A model generated the notes under the pieces. The model was not told where the DNA came from and did no database searches. It was given only the letters and a program-made list of their open reading frames with translations. DNA of 64,000 bases, taken from contig CAWFCQ010000002.1 of the NCBI GenBank assembly GCA_963814375.1, positions 176,017-240,016 on the forward strand, written 5' to 3'. A program made the translations under genes and the position numbers. Below are positions 9,718-19,946 of the stretch, piece by piece. How positions within the stretch are numbered: position 1 is the stretch's first letter; every line of letters begins with the position of its first letter. This DNA is from an uncultured Chloroflexia bacterium (lineage in GTDB: Bacteria > Chloroflexota > Limnocylindria > QHBO01).

Positions 9718-11114
9718 GGCGTCCGGCAGGCGTACCGCGTGACGACCTCCGCCAGGACGGGCAGGCCGAACGCGAGCGCGCTGACCGGCACGCGCTCGTC
9801 GTGGCCGTGGAACAGGCTGAGGAAGGGGACATCGGCGTCCAGCTTCAGCGGCGCGAAGCCGTAGCACGGGATCCCCAGGCGCGCCAGCGCCTTGGCATCG
9901 GTCCCGGGCGTGATCATCATCGGCACCGGTGTTGCTTCCGGGTCGGCGCTGCGGAGCGATGCCTCCATGAGCCGCACGATCTCCGCATCGACAGGCCACT
10001 CGATCGCCGGCAGGGTCACCACCGCCTCGACCTCGGCATCCTCGCCGACTACGTCCTGCAGGTGGTCGAGAAGTGCTTCCTGATCGGTCCCGGGAAGCGT
10101 CCGCACGTCGACTTCCGCCTCACCGGCGCCGGGAATGACGTTGACCTTCTTCCCGGCACGAAGGACATTCGGAGTGACCGTATCGCGCAGCATGGCGTCG
10201 ATCGAGCGGCGGAGGACCGGATCGGCGACCCGGTCGGAGAGCACGGCCGCCGCAGCGTCCGGGTCGGTGGTGGCCAGCTCGGCGACCTCGTCGAGCCCGA
10301 CCCCGCGCAGGAAGTCCGCGACGAGCAGCGTCACGCGCGCGGGGCGCGCGGCCTGGTCGACGGCCAGCGCCGTCACGGCGCGCGCCAGCCGAACCGCGGC
10401 GTTGGCCGGATGGGGCATCGAGCCGTGGCCGGGCGTCCCGCTCGAGCGGAGCCGGGTCCACGCGATGCCCTTCTCGGCCACCTGGATCGTGTAGAAGCGC
10501 CGGTCGCCGAGGGTCATCGAATAGCCGCCGACCTCGTTGATGGCCGCCGCCGCCGGCCGGCCCTCGGCATCGCGGAAGAGCTCCGGCCGTTCGACGACCA
10601 GCCCACCTGCGCCATGCGATCCACCGGCCTCTTCGTCGGCGACGGCGGCGAAGATGACATCGCGCTCGAGCTCCGCGCCGGAGCGCTTCAGCGCGAGCAT
10701 CACCGCCAGCTCCATCGCCACCATGTCCTTCATATCGACCGCGCCGCGGCCCCAGATCACGCCGTCGAGCAGCTCGCCGCCGAATGGGTCGCGTGACCAT
10801 GCCTCGGCATCGACCGGCACGACGTCGAGGTGGCTGAGGAGCACGAGCGGCGGCTCGGTGCTGCCTGACGCCGCCAGGCGCGCGAAGCACGAACCGCGTC
10901 CGGGGACGAGCTCGATCACGTCCGCGGCGATGCCGGCGCCTGCCAGCACCTCGGCGCAGTAGCGGGCGGCCGCCGTCTCGCCGCCACGCGGGTCGAGGCC
11001 GGCCGCGACGTCAGGCCCGCCGTCGGGCGGATTGACCGATGGGATGCGGATGAGGCCGCGCAGATGCTCGATGCAGCCGTCGAGGTCGAGGTGCGGACCG
11101 AGGTCGACGCTCAT
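9714..11114 (-). CDS. M20/M25/M40 family metallo-hydrolase (ArgE/DapE-like)
   Basis: SHLDVVP, WGRGAVDMK, ADEEAGG, GHGS, GTDA, HGHDER. Confidence 0.92.
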   Translation of the reverse strand: MSVDLGPHLDLDGCIEHLRGLIRIPSVNPPDGGPDVAAGLDPRGGETAAARYCAEVLAGAGIAADVIELVPGRGSCFARLAASGSTEPPLVLLSHLDVVPVDAEAWSRDPFGGELLDGVIWGRGAVDMKDMVAMELAVMLALKRSGAELERDVIFAAVADEEAGGSHGAGGLVVERPELFRDAEGRPAAAAINEVGGYSMTLGDRRFYTIQVAEKGIAWTRLRSSGTPGHGSMPHPANAAVRLARAVTALAVDQAARPARVTLLVADFLRGVGLDEVAELATTDPDAAAAVLSDRVADPVLRRSIDAMLRDTVTPNVLRAGKKVNVIPGAGEAEVDVRTLPGTDQEALLDHLQDVVGEDAEVEAVVTLPAIEWPVDAEIVRLMEASLRSADPEATPVPMMITPGTDAKALARLGIPCYGFAPLKLDADVPFLSLFHGHDERVPVSALAFGLPVLAEVVTRYACRTP

Positions 11115-12313
11115 GCGGTGGAGCGTAGCGTCCGGGGCCGGAACAGCACCATCGCCGCCGACGCGACGAGCGGCGCGATGACGCCAACCAGCATGCCGGC
11201 CACGACGTCAACACGGTCCCACAGCTCGGCCGCGGCGAGCGCGCCGACCACGATCCCGAGCGAGGACAGCGCGTTGATGACGCCGAACGTTCGGCCCAGC
11301 CGGCGTTCGCCGGCGGTGTCCGCCAGCAGCGCATACCAGGCCGCCGAAAAGGCCGTCAGGCCGCCGCCGGCCACGACGGCGAGCCCGTAGATGGCCGCCT
11401 GCGGCAGCCCCATGACCAGCCCGAGACCGAACGCAGCGATCGCCGGCGGGGCGGCGATGGCGATCGTGCGCCGCCCGATCCGGTCGGCCATGTGCGCGAG
11501 CGCGGGACCGAGGAGGATGCTGCCAAGGCCGAAGAAGGAGAAGGCGATGCCGACCTCGACGATCGACCATCCCAGGTTGGTGGTGGCCAGGGGCGCGTAA
11601 GTCGTGATGAAGCCGCCGTAAGCGGCCAGCAGAGCGAGGTTGGCCGCCAGCAGGGCCGCCAGCGACCCGACGGCCACCGGCTCGGACTCGCCGATCTCGG
11701 CCTCGGCCGCTTCAGCCCGCCGGCGGGGAGAGGGGAGGAAGAGCGTGCCGATGAGGGCCAGCGTGCTGGTCACCGCCACGATGACGAACGGAGCGCGAAG
11801 GCCGCCGATCGCGGCGGCGAAGCCTCCGACCGCCGGACCGGCGACGGAGCCGGCCGACTGAGCGGCCGAGATGACGCCGTTGGCGAAGGCGCGGCGCGCC
11901 GGCTGCGCGACCTGTGCCAGGTAGATGCGTTCGGTCACGATCATCGTTCCCCCGCCGAACCCGGCGGCGGTGCGCCACACCAGCAGCCAGGCGGCGGTCG
12001 CCGCGGTGGCGATGAGCGCGTTCATCGCCGCATACAGCCCGAGGCCCGCCGTCATGAGGCGTCGTGCGCCCCATCGCTCGGAGAGGAATCCTCCACCCAG
12101 CTGACCGGCGGCATTCGTGATCGCAAACGCGCTGGTCACCAGCCCGAGCATGAACGGCGGCGCGCCGAGCTCGCTGGCATAGAGGGGCAGAAGCGGGAGC
12201 ATGACAGAGATCCCGACCTGGCTGATGAACCCGATGAGGGCCAGCAGCCCGAGGGCCGGATCGATGGCCCCGACGAGACGCGAGGCGGGTGAGCTCGCCG
12301 GGCGATCCGACAC
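11111..12313 (-). CDS. MFS transporter
   Basis: About 12 TM helices; motif A GFLSERWGARR and ADRIGRR. Confidence 0.9.
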   Translation of the reverse strand: MSDRPASSPASRLVGAIDPALGLLALIGFISQVGISVMLPLLPLYASELGAPPFMLGLVTSAFAITNAAGQLGGGFLSERWGARRLMTAGLGLYAAMNALIATAATAAWLLVWRTAAGFGGGTMIVTERIYLAQVAQPARRAFANGVISAAQSAGSVAGPAVGGFAAAIGGLRAPFVIVAVTSTLALIGTLFLPSPRRRAEAAEAEIGESEPVAVGSLAALLAANLALLAAYGGFITTYAPLATTNLGWSIVEVGIAFSFFGLGSILLGPALAHMADRIGRRTIAIAAPPAIAAFGLGLVMGLPQAAIYGLAVVAGGGLTAFSAAWYALLADTAGERRLGRTFGVINALSSLGIVVGALAAAELWDRVDVVAGMLVGVIAPLVASAAMVLFRPRTLRSTA

Positions 12314-12338
12314 GCGCCGAATGGTAGCGTGCGGCCGC

Positions 12339-13271
12339 TCAGGCCTCGGGCACGGCGGCGCCGACGGAGCGGCGCTGGGCCCTGCTCGAGAGGTGGCGCC
12401 GCTCGGTGAGGACGGCCAGCGGCAGCTCCGCCGCGAACAGCACGAGCGCCACGGCCAGGATCACCGGCTCCCTCGTCGCCAGCCCCATCGCCACCAGCGC
12501 GACGAGGAAGACGAGGTGAATGGTGAGGCGCGTGAAGAAGGCGGCGCGCAGGTCGAGGATCGCGAACGCCGCCCCGTCGGGCCGGCCGCGATCCGGGCCG
12601 AAGACGCCCCAGCCGGCCACGGCGAGGAAAACGACGAAGGTGAGCCCGAAGAGGCCGAGGCCGCCCCCGGGCGACGGATCGGTGAACGGCTGGACGATCG
12701 CGAACGGCACGATGCTGACGAGAAGGATGAAGAACGCGGGGATCGGCACCGCCAGCTGAAGCCACTCGAGGCTCGTCCGCCGCTGGCACGCGTCGCGGAG
12801 CCAGCGCGTGAGGATGCTGAACGCGAAGGTCACGAACAGCCATGAGTAGAAGTTCCCGGCCGGCACCCCGAACCAGCCGTCGGTCAGGCCGACCTCGCGC
12901 CACGTCCACAGACCCATGCGGATGGCGACGGCATCGAACGCCAGGTCGAGCATAAGCGCCAGCACGCTGTCGACGAACGGCGCGTACCGGCGACGGACGC
13001 CCAGGGCGTCGGTGATGCGCATGGCGCCGGCGATGATCAGCGCCCAGGTGAGACCGATGACGACCGGCGCGCGATCGATGCTGAGGATGAAGTCCGGCGA
13101 GTACTGGTAGGTCTCGAAGATCAGCTGATCGCCTTCCTCGAGGAGGAGCCCGAAGGCAGCGGCGCTCACCAGCTCGAGGAACGGCAGCCGGCCCCGGCGC
13201 AGTGCCAGCCAGGCGGCGATCACGAAGAAGGTGACGGCGCCCAGCTCGATCACGACGTACATCGGATTCAT
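12339..13271 (-). CDS. Carotenoid biosynthesis (CruF/DUF422-like) membrane protein
   Basis: Multi-TM with LDLAFD.VA...GLWTW and GVPAGNFYSW motifs resembling the CruF family. Confidence 0.6.
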   Translation of the reverse strand: MNPMYVVIELGAVTFFVIAAWLALRRGRLPFLELVSAAAFGLLLEEGDQLIFETYQYSPDFILSIDRAPVVIGLTWALIIAGAMRITDALGVRRRYAPFVDSVLALMLDLAFDAVAIRMGLWTWREVGLTDGWFGVPAGNFYSWLFVTFAFSILTRWLRDACQRRTSLEWLQLAVPIPAFFILLVSIVPFAIVQPFTDPSPGGGLGLFGLTFVVFLAVAGWGVFGPDRGRPDGAAFAILDLRAAFFTRLTIHLVFLVALVAMGLATREPVILAVALVLFAAELPLAVLTERRHLSSRAQRRSVGAAVPEA

Positions 13272-13353
13272 GCGCGCTGATAGTAGCAAGTTTCGGAGAT
13301 CGATCAAGGCCGGCGGGTCGGGGCCCGGGCCTTCCGGTCGTAGAATGCCGCCC

Positions 13354-14802
13354 ATGACGACCGAGGTCCGCGCCCCCACCGTGCCGATCTATCTCGCCGG
13401 CGAGATGGTCGAGACCGGCGCCCCCCTCGAGGTCATCGATCCGGCCACTGGCGAGCCGGTCGCGGTCACCTTCCAGGCGGGCACCGCCGAGCTCGAGCGG
13501 GCGACCGCCGCCGCGGTCGATGCCTTCCAGCACACCAGGCGCCTGCCGAGCTACGCGCGCCGCGACGCACTGGCCCACGTCGCGTCATGCATCGAGCGCG
13601 ACGCCGACGAGCTGACGGTCCTGCTCTCGCGCGAGTCGGGCAAGCCGGTGAAGGACGCACGAGGGGAGGTGCTGCGCGGCGCGCTCACCTTCCGCACCGC
13701 CGCGGAGGAGGCGCTGCGCATCAACGGGGAGTGGCTGCCGCTCGACTGGGCGCCGGCCAACACGGGCCGCCACGGGATCGTGCGGCGGTACCCGATCGGC
13801 CCGGTCGCGGGGATCAGCCCATTCAACTTCCCGCTGAACCTGGCGGCTCACAAGGTGGCCCCGGCGATCGCCGCCGGCTGCAGCATCGTCCTCAAGCCGC
13901 CGTCGAAGGATCCGCTCGTCATGCTGCGCGTGGCGGCGTACCTCGGCGAGACCGACCTCCCGGCCGGGGCGGTGAGCATCCTGCCGATGGATCGGCCAAC
14001 CGGCGACCGGATGGTGTCCGACGATCGATTCAAGCTCCTCAGCTTCACCGGATCGCCATCGGTTGGCTGGAAGATGAAGGCGGACGCCGGCAAGAAGAAG
14101 GTCGTCCTCGAGCTCGGCGGCAACGCGGGCGCCATCGTCGACGAGTCGGCCGACCTCGACTGGGCGGTCGAGCGCCTCGTGTACGGCGCATTCGCCTATG
14201 CCGGCCAGGTGTGCATCAGCGTCCAGCGCATCTACGTCGTCCGGGCGGTCTTCGACGAGTTCGCTCGTCGCTTCGTCGAGCGCACGGGGACGGTGATCGT
14301 CGGCGATCCGCTCGATCCGCAGACCGACCTCGGGCCGATGGTCGACGAGAAGGCGGTGCAGCGGACCCACCAGTGGGTGAGCGAGGCGATCGACAGCGGC
14401 GCGCGCGCTCTCGTCGCGGGCGAGCCCGACGGACGCTGGTACGGGCCAACCGTCCTCGTCGACGTGCCGCGCGAGGCCATGATCTGCTCGGAGGAGGCCT
14501 TCGCGCCGGTCGTCAACCTCTTCCCCGTCGACTCGTTCGCCGATGCCATCGGCGCCATCAACGACAGCCGTTTCGGCCTCCAGTGCGGCGTCTTCACCGG
14601 CTCGCTCGACCACGCTCTCCTTGCGCACGACGAGCTCGAGGTCGGCGGCGTCATCGTCAACGACATCCCGACCTGGCGCACCGACGCCATGCCGTACGGT
14701 GGGGTCAAGGACTCGGGGCTCGGCCGCGAGGGGCTGCGCTGGAGCATCGAGGACATGACCGAGCCGCGCCTGCTCGCCTTCGCCCGTCCGCCGGGCCGGT
14801 GA
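13354..14802 (+). CDS. Aldehyde dehydrogenase family protein
   Basis: ISPFNFPLNL, FTGS, LELGGN, GQVCIS (catalytic Cys), EEAFAP, MPYGGVKDSG. Confidence 0.95.
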   Translation: MTTEVRAPTVPIYLAGEMVETGAPLEVIDPATGEPVAVTFQAGTAELERATAAAVDAFQHTRRLPSYARRDALAHVASCIERDADELTVLLSRESGKPVKDARGEVLRGALTFRTAAEEALRINGEWLPLDWAPANTGRHGIVRRYPIGPVAGISPFNFPLNLAAHKVAPAIAAGCSIVLKPPSKDPLVMLRVAAYLGETDLPAGAVSILPMDRPTGDRMVSDDRFKLLSFTGSPSVGWKMKADAGKKKVVLELGGNAGAIVDESADLDWAVERLVYGAFAYAGQVCISVQRIYVVRAVFDEFARRFVERTGTVIVGDPLDPQTDLGPMVDEKAVQRTHQWVSEAIDSGARALVAGEPDGRWYGPTVLVDVPREAMICSEEAFAPVVNLFPVDSFADAIGAINDSRFGLQCGVFTGSLDHALLAHDELEVGGVIVNDIPTWRTDAMPYGGVKDSGLGREGLRWSIEDMTEPRLLAFARPPGR

Positions 14803-14812
14803 GTCGAGGCCG

Positions 14813-15172
14813 ATGACGACGACGACGGTCCGCTTCGCGCGCATCCTGCCCGCCTCCGAGCTGCGCGACGGCGAGCTGCTGCCGGTCGAGATCGACGGCA
14901 CGCCGGTCGTCCTCGTCCGCCATGCCGGTGAGTTCTTCGCCGTGCAGAACAACTGCAGCCACAAGGACTTTCCGCTCTCGGAGGCCGGCTTCGACCCGCG
15001 TGACGGCGTGCTCGTCTGCGCATGGCACGGCGGCTGCTTCGACGTCCGGACCGGCGACGCCGTCGTCCCACCGGCGACGGAGCCGGTCGAGACGTTCCCG
15101 GTGCGCGTGAACGATGGCTGGGTCGAGATCGGCCTCACCGGCAGCCTCGTGCCCGAGCGCGGAGCGGCCTGA
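14813..15172 (+). CDS. Rieske [2Fe-2S] ferredoxin
   Basis: CSH...CAWHGGCFD Rieske ligand pattern. Confidence 0.9.
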   Translation: MTTTTVRFARILPASELRDGELLPVEIDGTPVVLVRHAGEFFAVQNNCSHKDFPLSEAGFDPRDGVLVCAWHGGCFDVRTGDAVVPPATEPVETFPVRVNDGWVEIGLTGSLVPERGAA

Positions 15173-15181
15173 CGACCACCG

Positions 15182-15958
15182 ATGAGCGTCGAGGCACTTC
15201 CGTACGTCAACTGGATCTTCTGGGCTGCCCTATCGGCCGGCACGATGCTGGCGGTCGGCATCACCGAGCGGCTCGGCGGCACCACGCGCGGGTATCGGCT
15301 CTTCATGGCCTGGCTGGTGGTTGCCTTCGCCGCCGTCCTGCTGGCCAGCGACCTCGCCCTGCCGTCTGACGTACCGGCCGCGGCGACCCTCGAGGCCCGG
15401 CGGCCGCTCACGTTTGCGTTCTGCGCTGGTGCCCTCGCCTATCTCGTCGCGTCGCTGCGCGGTTGGCCCCGCACCTGGCTCGCGATCGGGGTGGGCATTG
15501 TCGGCCTCGGCGCCTTGGTGACGCTGGCGGCGGCGGGCGGGACGGACAGCGCGCTCCTCTTCGCGGGCCAGCTGGTGCTCGCCGCACTGGCCCTCGGAGC
15601 GGTGACCTCCGCCATGCTGCTCGGGCACTGGTACCTGGTGACGCCCAAGCTCTCGCCCGCACCACTCCGCCGCCTGATGTGGCTGCTCGTCGCCTGCCTC
15701 TCGCTCCAGGCCGTCGCCTTCATCGCTGCGATCGTCGGCGGCCCGGAAGCGCTGGTCGGGGGTATCGGCTGGCTCACGTGGCTCCGGCTCGGCGTCGGAA
15801 TCCTCCTGCCGATCGCGGTCACCATTCTCGCGATCCTGGCATCGAACGCCGCTTCGCTCCAGGCGTCCACCGGCCTGCTGTACGTCGGCCTCGCACTTGT
15901 GATGGCCGGCTCGATCGCCGGCGCCAGCATCGCCTACCTCACAGGCGTCCCGGTCTGA
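15182..15958 (+). CDS. Multi-TM membrane protein with MLLGHWYL motif
   Basis: About 8 hydrophobic segments; SAMLLGHWYL and QASTGLLY motifs; operonic spacing with neighbours. Confidence 0.7.
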   Translation: MSVEALPYVNWIFWAALSAGTMLAVGITERLGGTTRGYRLFMAWLVVAFAAVLLASDLALPSDVPAAATLEARRPLTFAFCAGALAYLVASLRGWPRTWLAIGVGIVGLGALVTLAAAGGTDSALLFAGQLVLAALALGAVTSAMLLGHWYLVTPKLSPAPLRRLMWLLVACLSLQAVAFIAAIVGGPEALVGGIGWLTWLRLGVGILLPIAVTILAILASNAASLQASTGLLYVGLALVMAGSIAGASIAYLTGVPV

Positions 15959-15961
15959 CCG

Positions 15962-16612
15962 ATGCGCGTCACCGTTCGCACGTTCGCGTCGCTGCGCGAG
16001 CTCTCGATCGACCGATGTGAGCTCGACCTCGGCGACGGCGCCACCGCGGCCGATGCGTGGGCCGCCCTGGTCGAGAGCTTCCCGGCGCTCGAGCCACAGC
16101 GTCCCTACGTCCGCGCCGCGCGCAACGGCACCTACGCAACCTGGGATGAGGGGCTTGCCGACGGCGACGTCCTTGCCCTCCTGCCGCCGGTCAGCGGCGG
16201 ATCGGCCGGCCTGACCGACGCGCCGATCGATGTCGACTCCCTCGAGCGCTCGGTCGCCGCGCCCGGGCGCGGCGCCGTCGTCACCTTCGTCGGACGGGCG
16301 CGCGACGTGGCCGACGACGATCGGACCGTCATCGAGCTCGATTACGAGGTCTATCCCGAGATGGCGGCCTCGGTCCTCGACGAGATCGCTCGCGAGGCTG
16401 AGGAGCGATTCGGCGCCGCGGTGGCGGTGGTGCATCGGCACGGCGTCGTGCCGATCGGCGAGGCGGCCGTCGCAATCGCGACCGGGGCGCGGCATCGGGC
16501 CGATGCCTACGAGGCCAACCGCTACGTGATCGAGGCCATCAAAGAGCGGCTGCCGATCTGGAAGCGCGAGCGCTTCTCCGACGGCAGCGAGTGGAAGCGG
16601 CGCGGCGCGTAG
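15962..16612 (+). CDS. Fused molybdopterin synthase MoaD-MoaE (MoaX-like)
   Basis: Ubiquitin-like N-domain ending PPVSGG; MoaE domain GAVVTFVGRAR, HRHG, HRADAYEA, IKERLPIWKRE. Confidence 0.9.
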   Translation: MRVTVRTFASLRELSIDRCELDLGDGATAADAWAALVESFPALEPQRPYVRAARNGTYATWDEGLADGDVLALLPPVSGGSAGLTDAPIDVDSLERSVAAPGRGAVVTFVGRARDVADDDRTVIELDYEVYPEMAASVLDEIAREAEERFGAAVAVVHRHGVVPIGEAAVAIATGARHRADAYEANRYVIEAIKERLPIWKRERFSDGSEWKRRGA

Positions 16613-16668
16613 CGCATCACATCTCGGCGCGTGCAGGCAACGGCCGCGAAAGGCACAATGCGCGGGAC

Positions 16669-17811
16669 ATGGCGACCCCCAAGCCGGGCGAGATCCGCTG
16701 TCCGACCTGTCACCGATCGACGCCGCCGGCGGCCTTCTGTACGCAATGCGGTTCGGCGATTCCGCCGGATGCCCGCACGCGTCCGCGCGGCATGGACCGT
16801 GACGAGCTCCAGGAGCGAATTCGCGCGCGGCGATCGGGAGGCGATCCCTATCGGCGCGGCAGCGTGGACGACACGCCCGTCGCGTACGGGCGTTACGAGC
16901 CCGATCCGACCGATGCCAACGCGCGTCGCCCCGGTGCCGCCGACCAGCCACGCACCGACCACCTCGACGACACACCCGAAGCGCCGGCTGCTGCAGCCGC
17001 GGCCGCGGCTGCCGCCGTCACTCCGCCGCCGGACCTCACCCGGGACACCGACGACTGGTCGGCGCCAGCCGCGGTAGCCGCGGCGGCCGCCACCCCGCCG
17101 CCTGACTTCACGCCTCCGCCTTCCGACGTCCCGGATGCCGAACCCGTAGTCGGGGACAACGTCGACAACTTCGACGACGACGGGTACGACTATCCATACC
17201 CGGCCGAGGAGTGGGATTCGGGGGGCGAGCGGCGGTCGGGAGCCGGAGCCTTCGCAATCCTCGGCTTCCTCGCCCTCGGCGTCCTCGCGCTCCTCGGTGG
17301 CGCCATGCTGGCCGGGATCTTCACCGGTGATGAGACCGGCGCGATCGACCCGACCCCCACCCCGCTGCCGACGATCGCCGCCACTGCCACGCCGAGCGTT
17401 GCTCCGAGCGTGGCGCCGTCAGGCTCCGTGGTTCCCAGCGCCTCGGCGGCCGCCAGCGGGGCGCCCGTCGTCTTCCCCGATGGATTCGAGGCCGACACCC
17501 AGCCATGTCTCCCGGGCAGCGCCGGGATCGATGGCTGTGACTCCAACGCCGTGAGCAACAACGGCTCCGTCTGGGTGTGGGTCGGCTTCCGCAACGGCAC
17601 CGACGACGATGTCATCTCCGCCAGGCTGACCGGTCCGGATGGGGAGGTCGTCGGCCAGGGCGAGATTCCGCTGGCGCGCATCGGCTGCTCGCCGACGTGC
17701 CCGGGCGGCTGGACGTACTTCCCATTCAGCGGCCTCCCAGCCGGGACGTACGTCGCGACCGTCGAGCGAAACGGCCAGCTCGCGGCGGAGACCGAATTCG
17801 CGGTGGAGTAG
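16669..17811 (+). CDS. Zinc-ribbon bitopic membrane protein with extracellular Ig-like domain
   Basis: CPTC...FCTQCG, acidic/Pro-rich linker, single TM, P/T/S linker, beta-rich C-domain. Confidence 0.7.
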   Translation: MATPKPGEIRCPTCHRSTPPAAFCTQCGSAIPPDARTRPRGMDRDELQERIRARRSGGDPYRRGSVDDTPVAYGRYEPDPTDANARRPGAADQPRTDHLDDTPEAPAAAAAAAAAAVTPPPDLTRDTDDWSAPAAVAAAAATPPPDFTPPPSDVPDAEPVVGDNVDNFDDDGYDYPYPAEEWDSGGERRSGAGAFAILGFLALGVLALLGGAMLAGIFTGDETGAIDPTPTPLPTIAATATPSVAPSVAPSGSVVPSASAAASGAPVVFPDGFEADTQPCLPGSAGIDGCDSNAVSNNGSVWVWVGFRNGTDDDVISARLTGPDGEVVGQGEIPLARIGCSPTCPGGWTYFPFSGLPAGTYVATVERNGQLAAETEFAVE

Positions 17812-17859
17812 GCGGGGCCTGACCCTCGCTGGCGCGCCGCGTGCAGGTCTGGGATCGAG

Positions 17860-18444
17860 ATGTCCGAGCTCACCTTCGAGCAGCTGCGCATCCCGGCTGC
17901 CCTGATTCTCATCATCATCGCGGTCTTCATCTTCCTGCCGCGCGATGCCCAGCCGTCCGGATCGGCGGCCTCGTCACCGACCCCGACCGTGGCGGTCATC
18001 GTCGGGGAGCCGGGGGGCGCGATCACCGGGACCCCGACACCCGTACCGACTCCGATCCCGACGCTCACCCCGGCGGCCACCCCCACGCCGGCCCCGACGC
18101 CCCAGCCGGTCGCCAACGACTCGTTCGCGGCTGCCGTGCAAGCGTGTCGGTCGATCTCCGGCGCAAGCTGTCGCGGGCCGCTCGGCAGGCTCCCGGCGAG
18201 CGCCGGCTCGTTCACCGCCCTCGTGACCTTCACCGACGCGAGTGCTGGAGACACGATCAATGTGGTGCTCACCGGGCCGGCGGGGACGATCGCGGGCGGG
18301 CCGTACACGCTCGGCGGGGGCGGTGACGGCTACTACTACTCGACCTTCACGGTCGGAGGGCTGCCCCGCGGTGACTACCAGATCACCGCGTACCGCAACG
18401 GCGCGGAGGTGGCGGAGACGACCTTCCGCCGCGCCGGCGGCTGA
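17860..18444 (+). CDS. Membrane-anchored protein, paralog of the upstream C-terminal domain
   Basis: N-terminal TM, PT-rich linker, C-domain LTGP.G...GLP.G.Y....RNG...AET.F shared with the upstream gene. Confidence 0.7.
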   Translation: MSELTFEQLRIPAALILIIIAVFIFLPRDAQPSGSAASSPTPTVAVIVGEPGGAITGTPTPVPTPIPTLTPAATPTPAPTPQPVANDSFAAAVQACRSISGASCRGPLGRLPASAGSFTALVTFTDASAGDTINVVLTGPAGTIAGGPYTLGGGGDGYYYSTFTVGGLPRGDYQITAYRNGAEVAETTFRRAGG

Positions 18445-18447
18445 GGC

Positions 18448-19540
18448 TCAACCCCCTCCGGAGCTCTCGCTCACGCCGCCGAGGTGGATGATCGGCTCGG
18501 CACCCGCGGCGCGCCGCTTGGCGGCCAGCGCGCTGATCGCCTCGAGGACGCACCGATGCGCCGCGGCCGCGGTCACCTCTGCATGGTCGTACGGAGGCGC
18601 CACCTCGACGACGTCCATCCCGACCAGCTCGACCGCGCCGACGACCTGGCGGATCGCCCGCAGAAGCTCACGGGTCAGCATGCCCCCGGGCTCCGGGGTC
18701 CCGGTGCCGGGCGCCATCCCCGGATCGATGACGTCGATATCGACCGAGAGGTAGACGACCTCCGGTCCGTCGAGCGCCTCGGCGATCGCGTCGGCCACGA
18801 CGGCTTCGGCGCCGCGTTCCTCGATCTCGGTCATGAGGTGCCAGCGCATTCCCTGCTCGGCCATCCAGTCCAGCGTGTCCGGCCCCGGCCAGTAGCCCCG
18901 CAGCCCGATCTGGACGAAGTTCCGGCCCGCCACCGCGCCCGACTCGATGAGCCGGCGCAGCGGGGCGCCGTGCGACCGGAGGTTGCCCCAGGTCGAGTTG
19001 GCCGCATCGGCGTGCGCGTCGAAATGGACGACACCCAGGCGGCGGGGCGCCACCACCCGCGAGACGGCGGTGGCCGATGGGAACGTGATGGAGTGATCGC
19101 CGCCGAGGACGATCGGGATCGCCCCGCTGCGGGCGACGTCGAGGACCTTGCGCTCGATCACCGCGTGGCCGCGCTCGATGTTCATCGGCGTCACTGGCGC
19201 GTCGCCGGCGTCGACGACGTTGAGCCAGTCGTAGGGCTCGATGTCGAGCTGGAGCGAGTTGATCGCGCCGGAGTGGTAGCTGGCCTGCCGGATGGCGCGC
19301 GGTCCGAACCGGGCGCCCGGGCGATGGCTGACCGAGTCGTCGAAAGGCGCACCGACGATGGCGACGTCGGGCCTGCTCGGCGGCCAGGGCCGCCGCATCG
19401 GTCACCCATGGCAGCTTCTGGAAGCTGGGCAGGCCGACATAGGCGGGAAGGTTGAAGTCGTCGTAGGCGGTGAAGGGGTCGGCTCCGGGAGGGGCCTCGT
19501 CGTTGAGACCGCGCTCGTCACGGTCGCGCTCGTCGGTCAT
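18448..19540 (-). CDS. speB: Agmatinase/ureohydrolase (one frameshift near 19380)
   Basis: GAPFD, RPGARFGPRAIR, GGDHSIT, HFDAHAD, SVDIDVIDP, PGTGTPEPGG; the N-terminus is in a different frame. Confidence 0.85.
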
Positions 19541-19639
19541 GGCGCGTGCGCGCTCACCTCAAGCGGATCGGATGGACGCCGTCGCGGTGCGGAGCAGGCC
19601 CGTCCGACGGCGGATGCTAGCACTACCATCCGGGCTGCG

Positions 19640-19945
19640 ATGGGTGACGATCGGGTCTACACGCTGGACCAGGCGAAGGGCCTGCTGCCCCAGGTCCGCG
19701 CCGTCCTGCTTCAGCTCGCGATCGAGCGGCATGAGGCCTCCGCCGAGCAGGACGGTCACGTTCAGGCGCTCCTCGAGCACCTCGAGTCGCTCGGCGTCGT
19801 GGTGCGTGATCTCGACGCGGGCCTGGTCGACATCCCGACCGTCCGCGACGGCGAGCCGGCGTGGCTGTGCTGGCGCCTGGAGGACCCTGATCTGGGCTGG
19901 TGGCACACCACGCGCGAGGGGTACACGTCGCGCCGTCCGCTGTAG
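19640..19945 (+). CDS. DUF2203 family protein
   Basis: YTLDQAKGLLP...GVVVRDLDAGLVDIP...WLCWRLED...WWH....GY..RRPL. Confidence 0.8.
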   Translation: MGDDRVYTLDQAKGLLPQVRAVLLQLAIERHEASAEQDGHVQALLEHLESLGVVVRDLDAGLVDIPTVRDGEPAWLCWRLEDPDLGWWHTTREGYTSRRPL

Positions 19946-19946
19946 G

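Noticed and set aside
17350-18110. Short tandem repeats or a CRISPR-like array
   Set aside because: These are Pro/Thr/Ser-coding linkers; no fixed repeat-spacer periodicity or cas genes were seen in the window.
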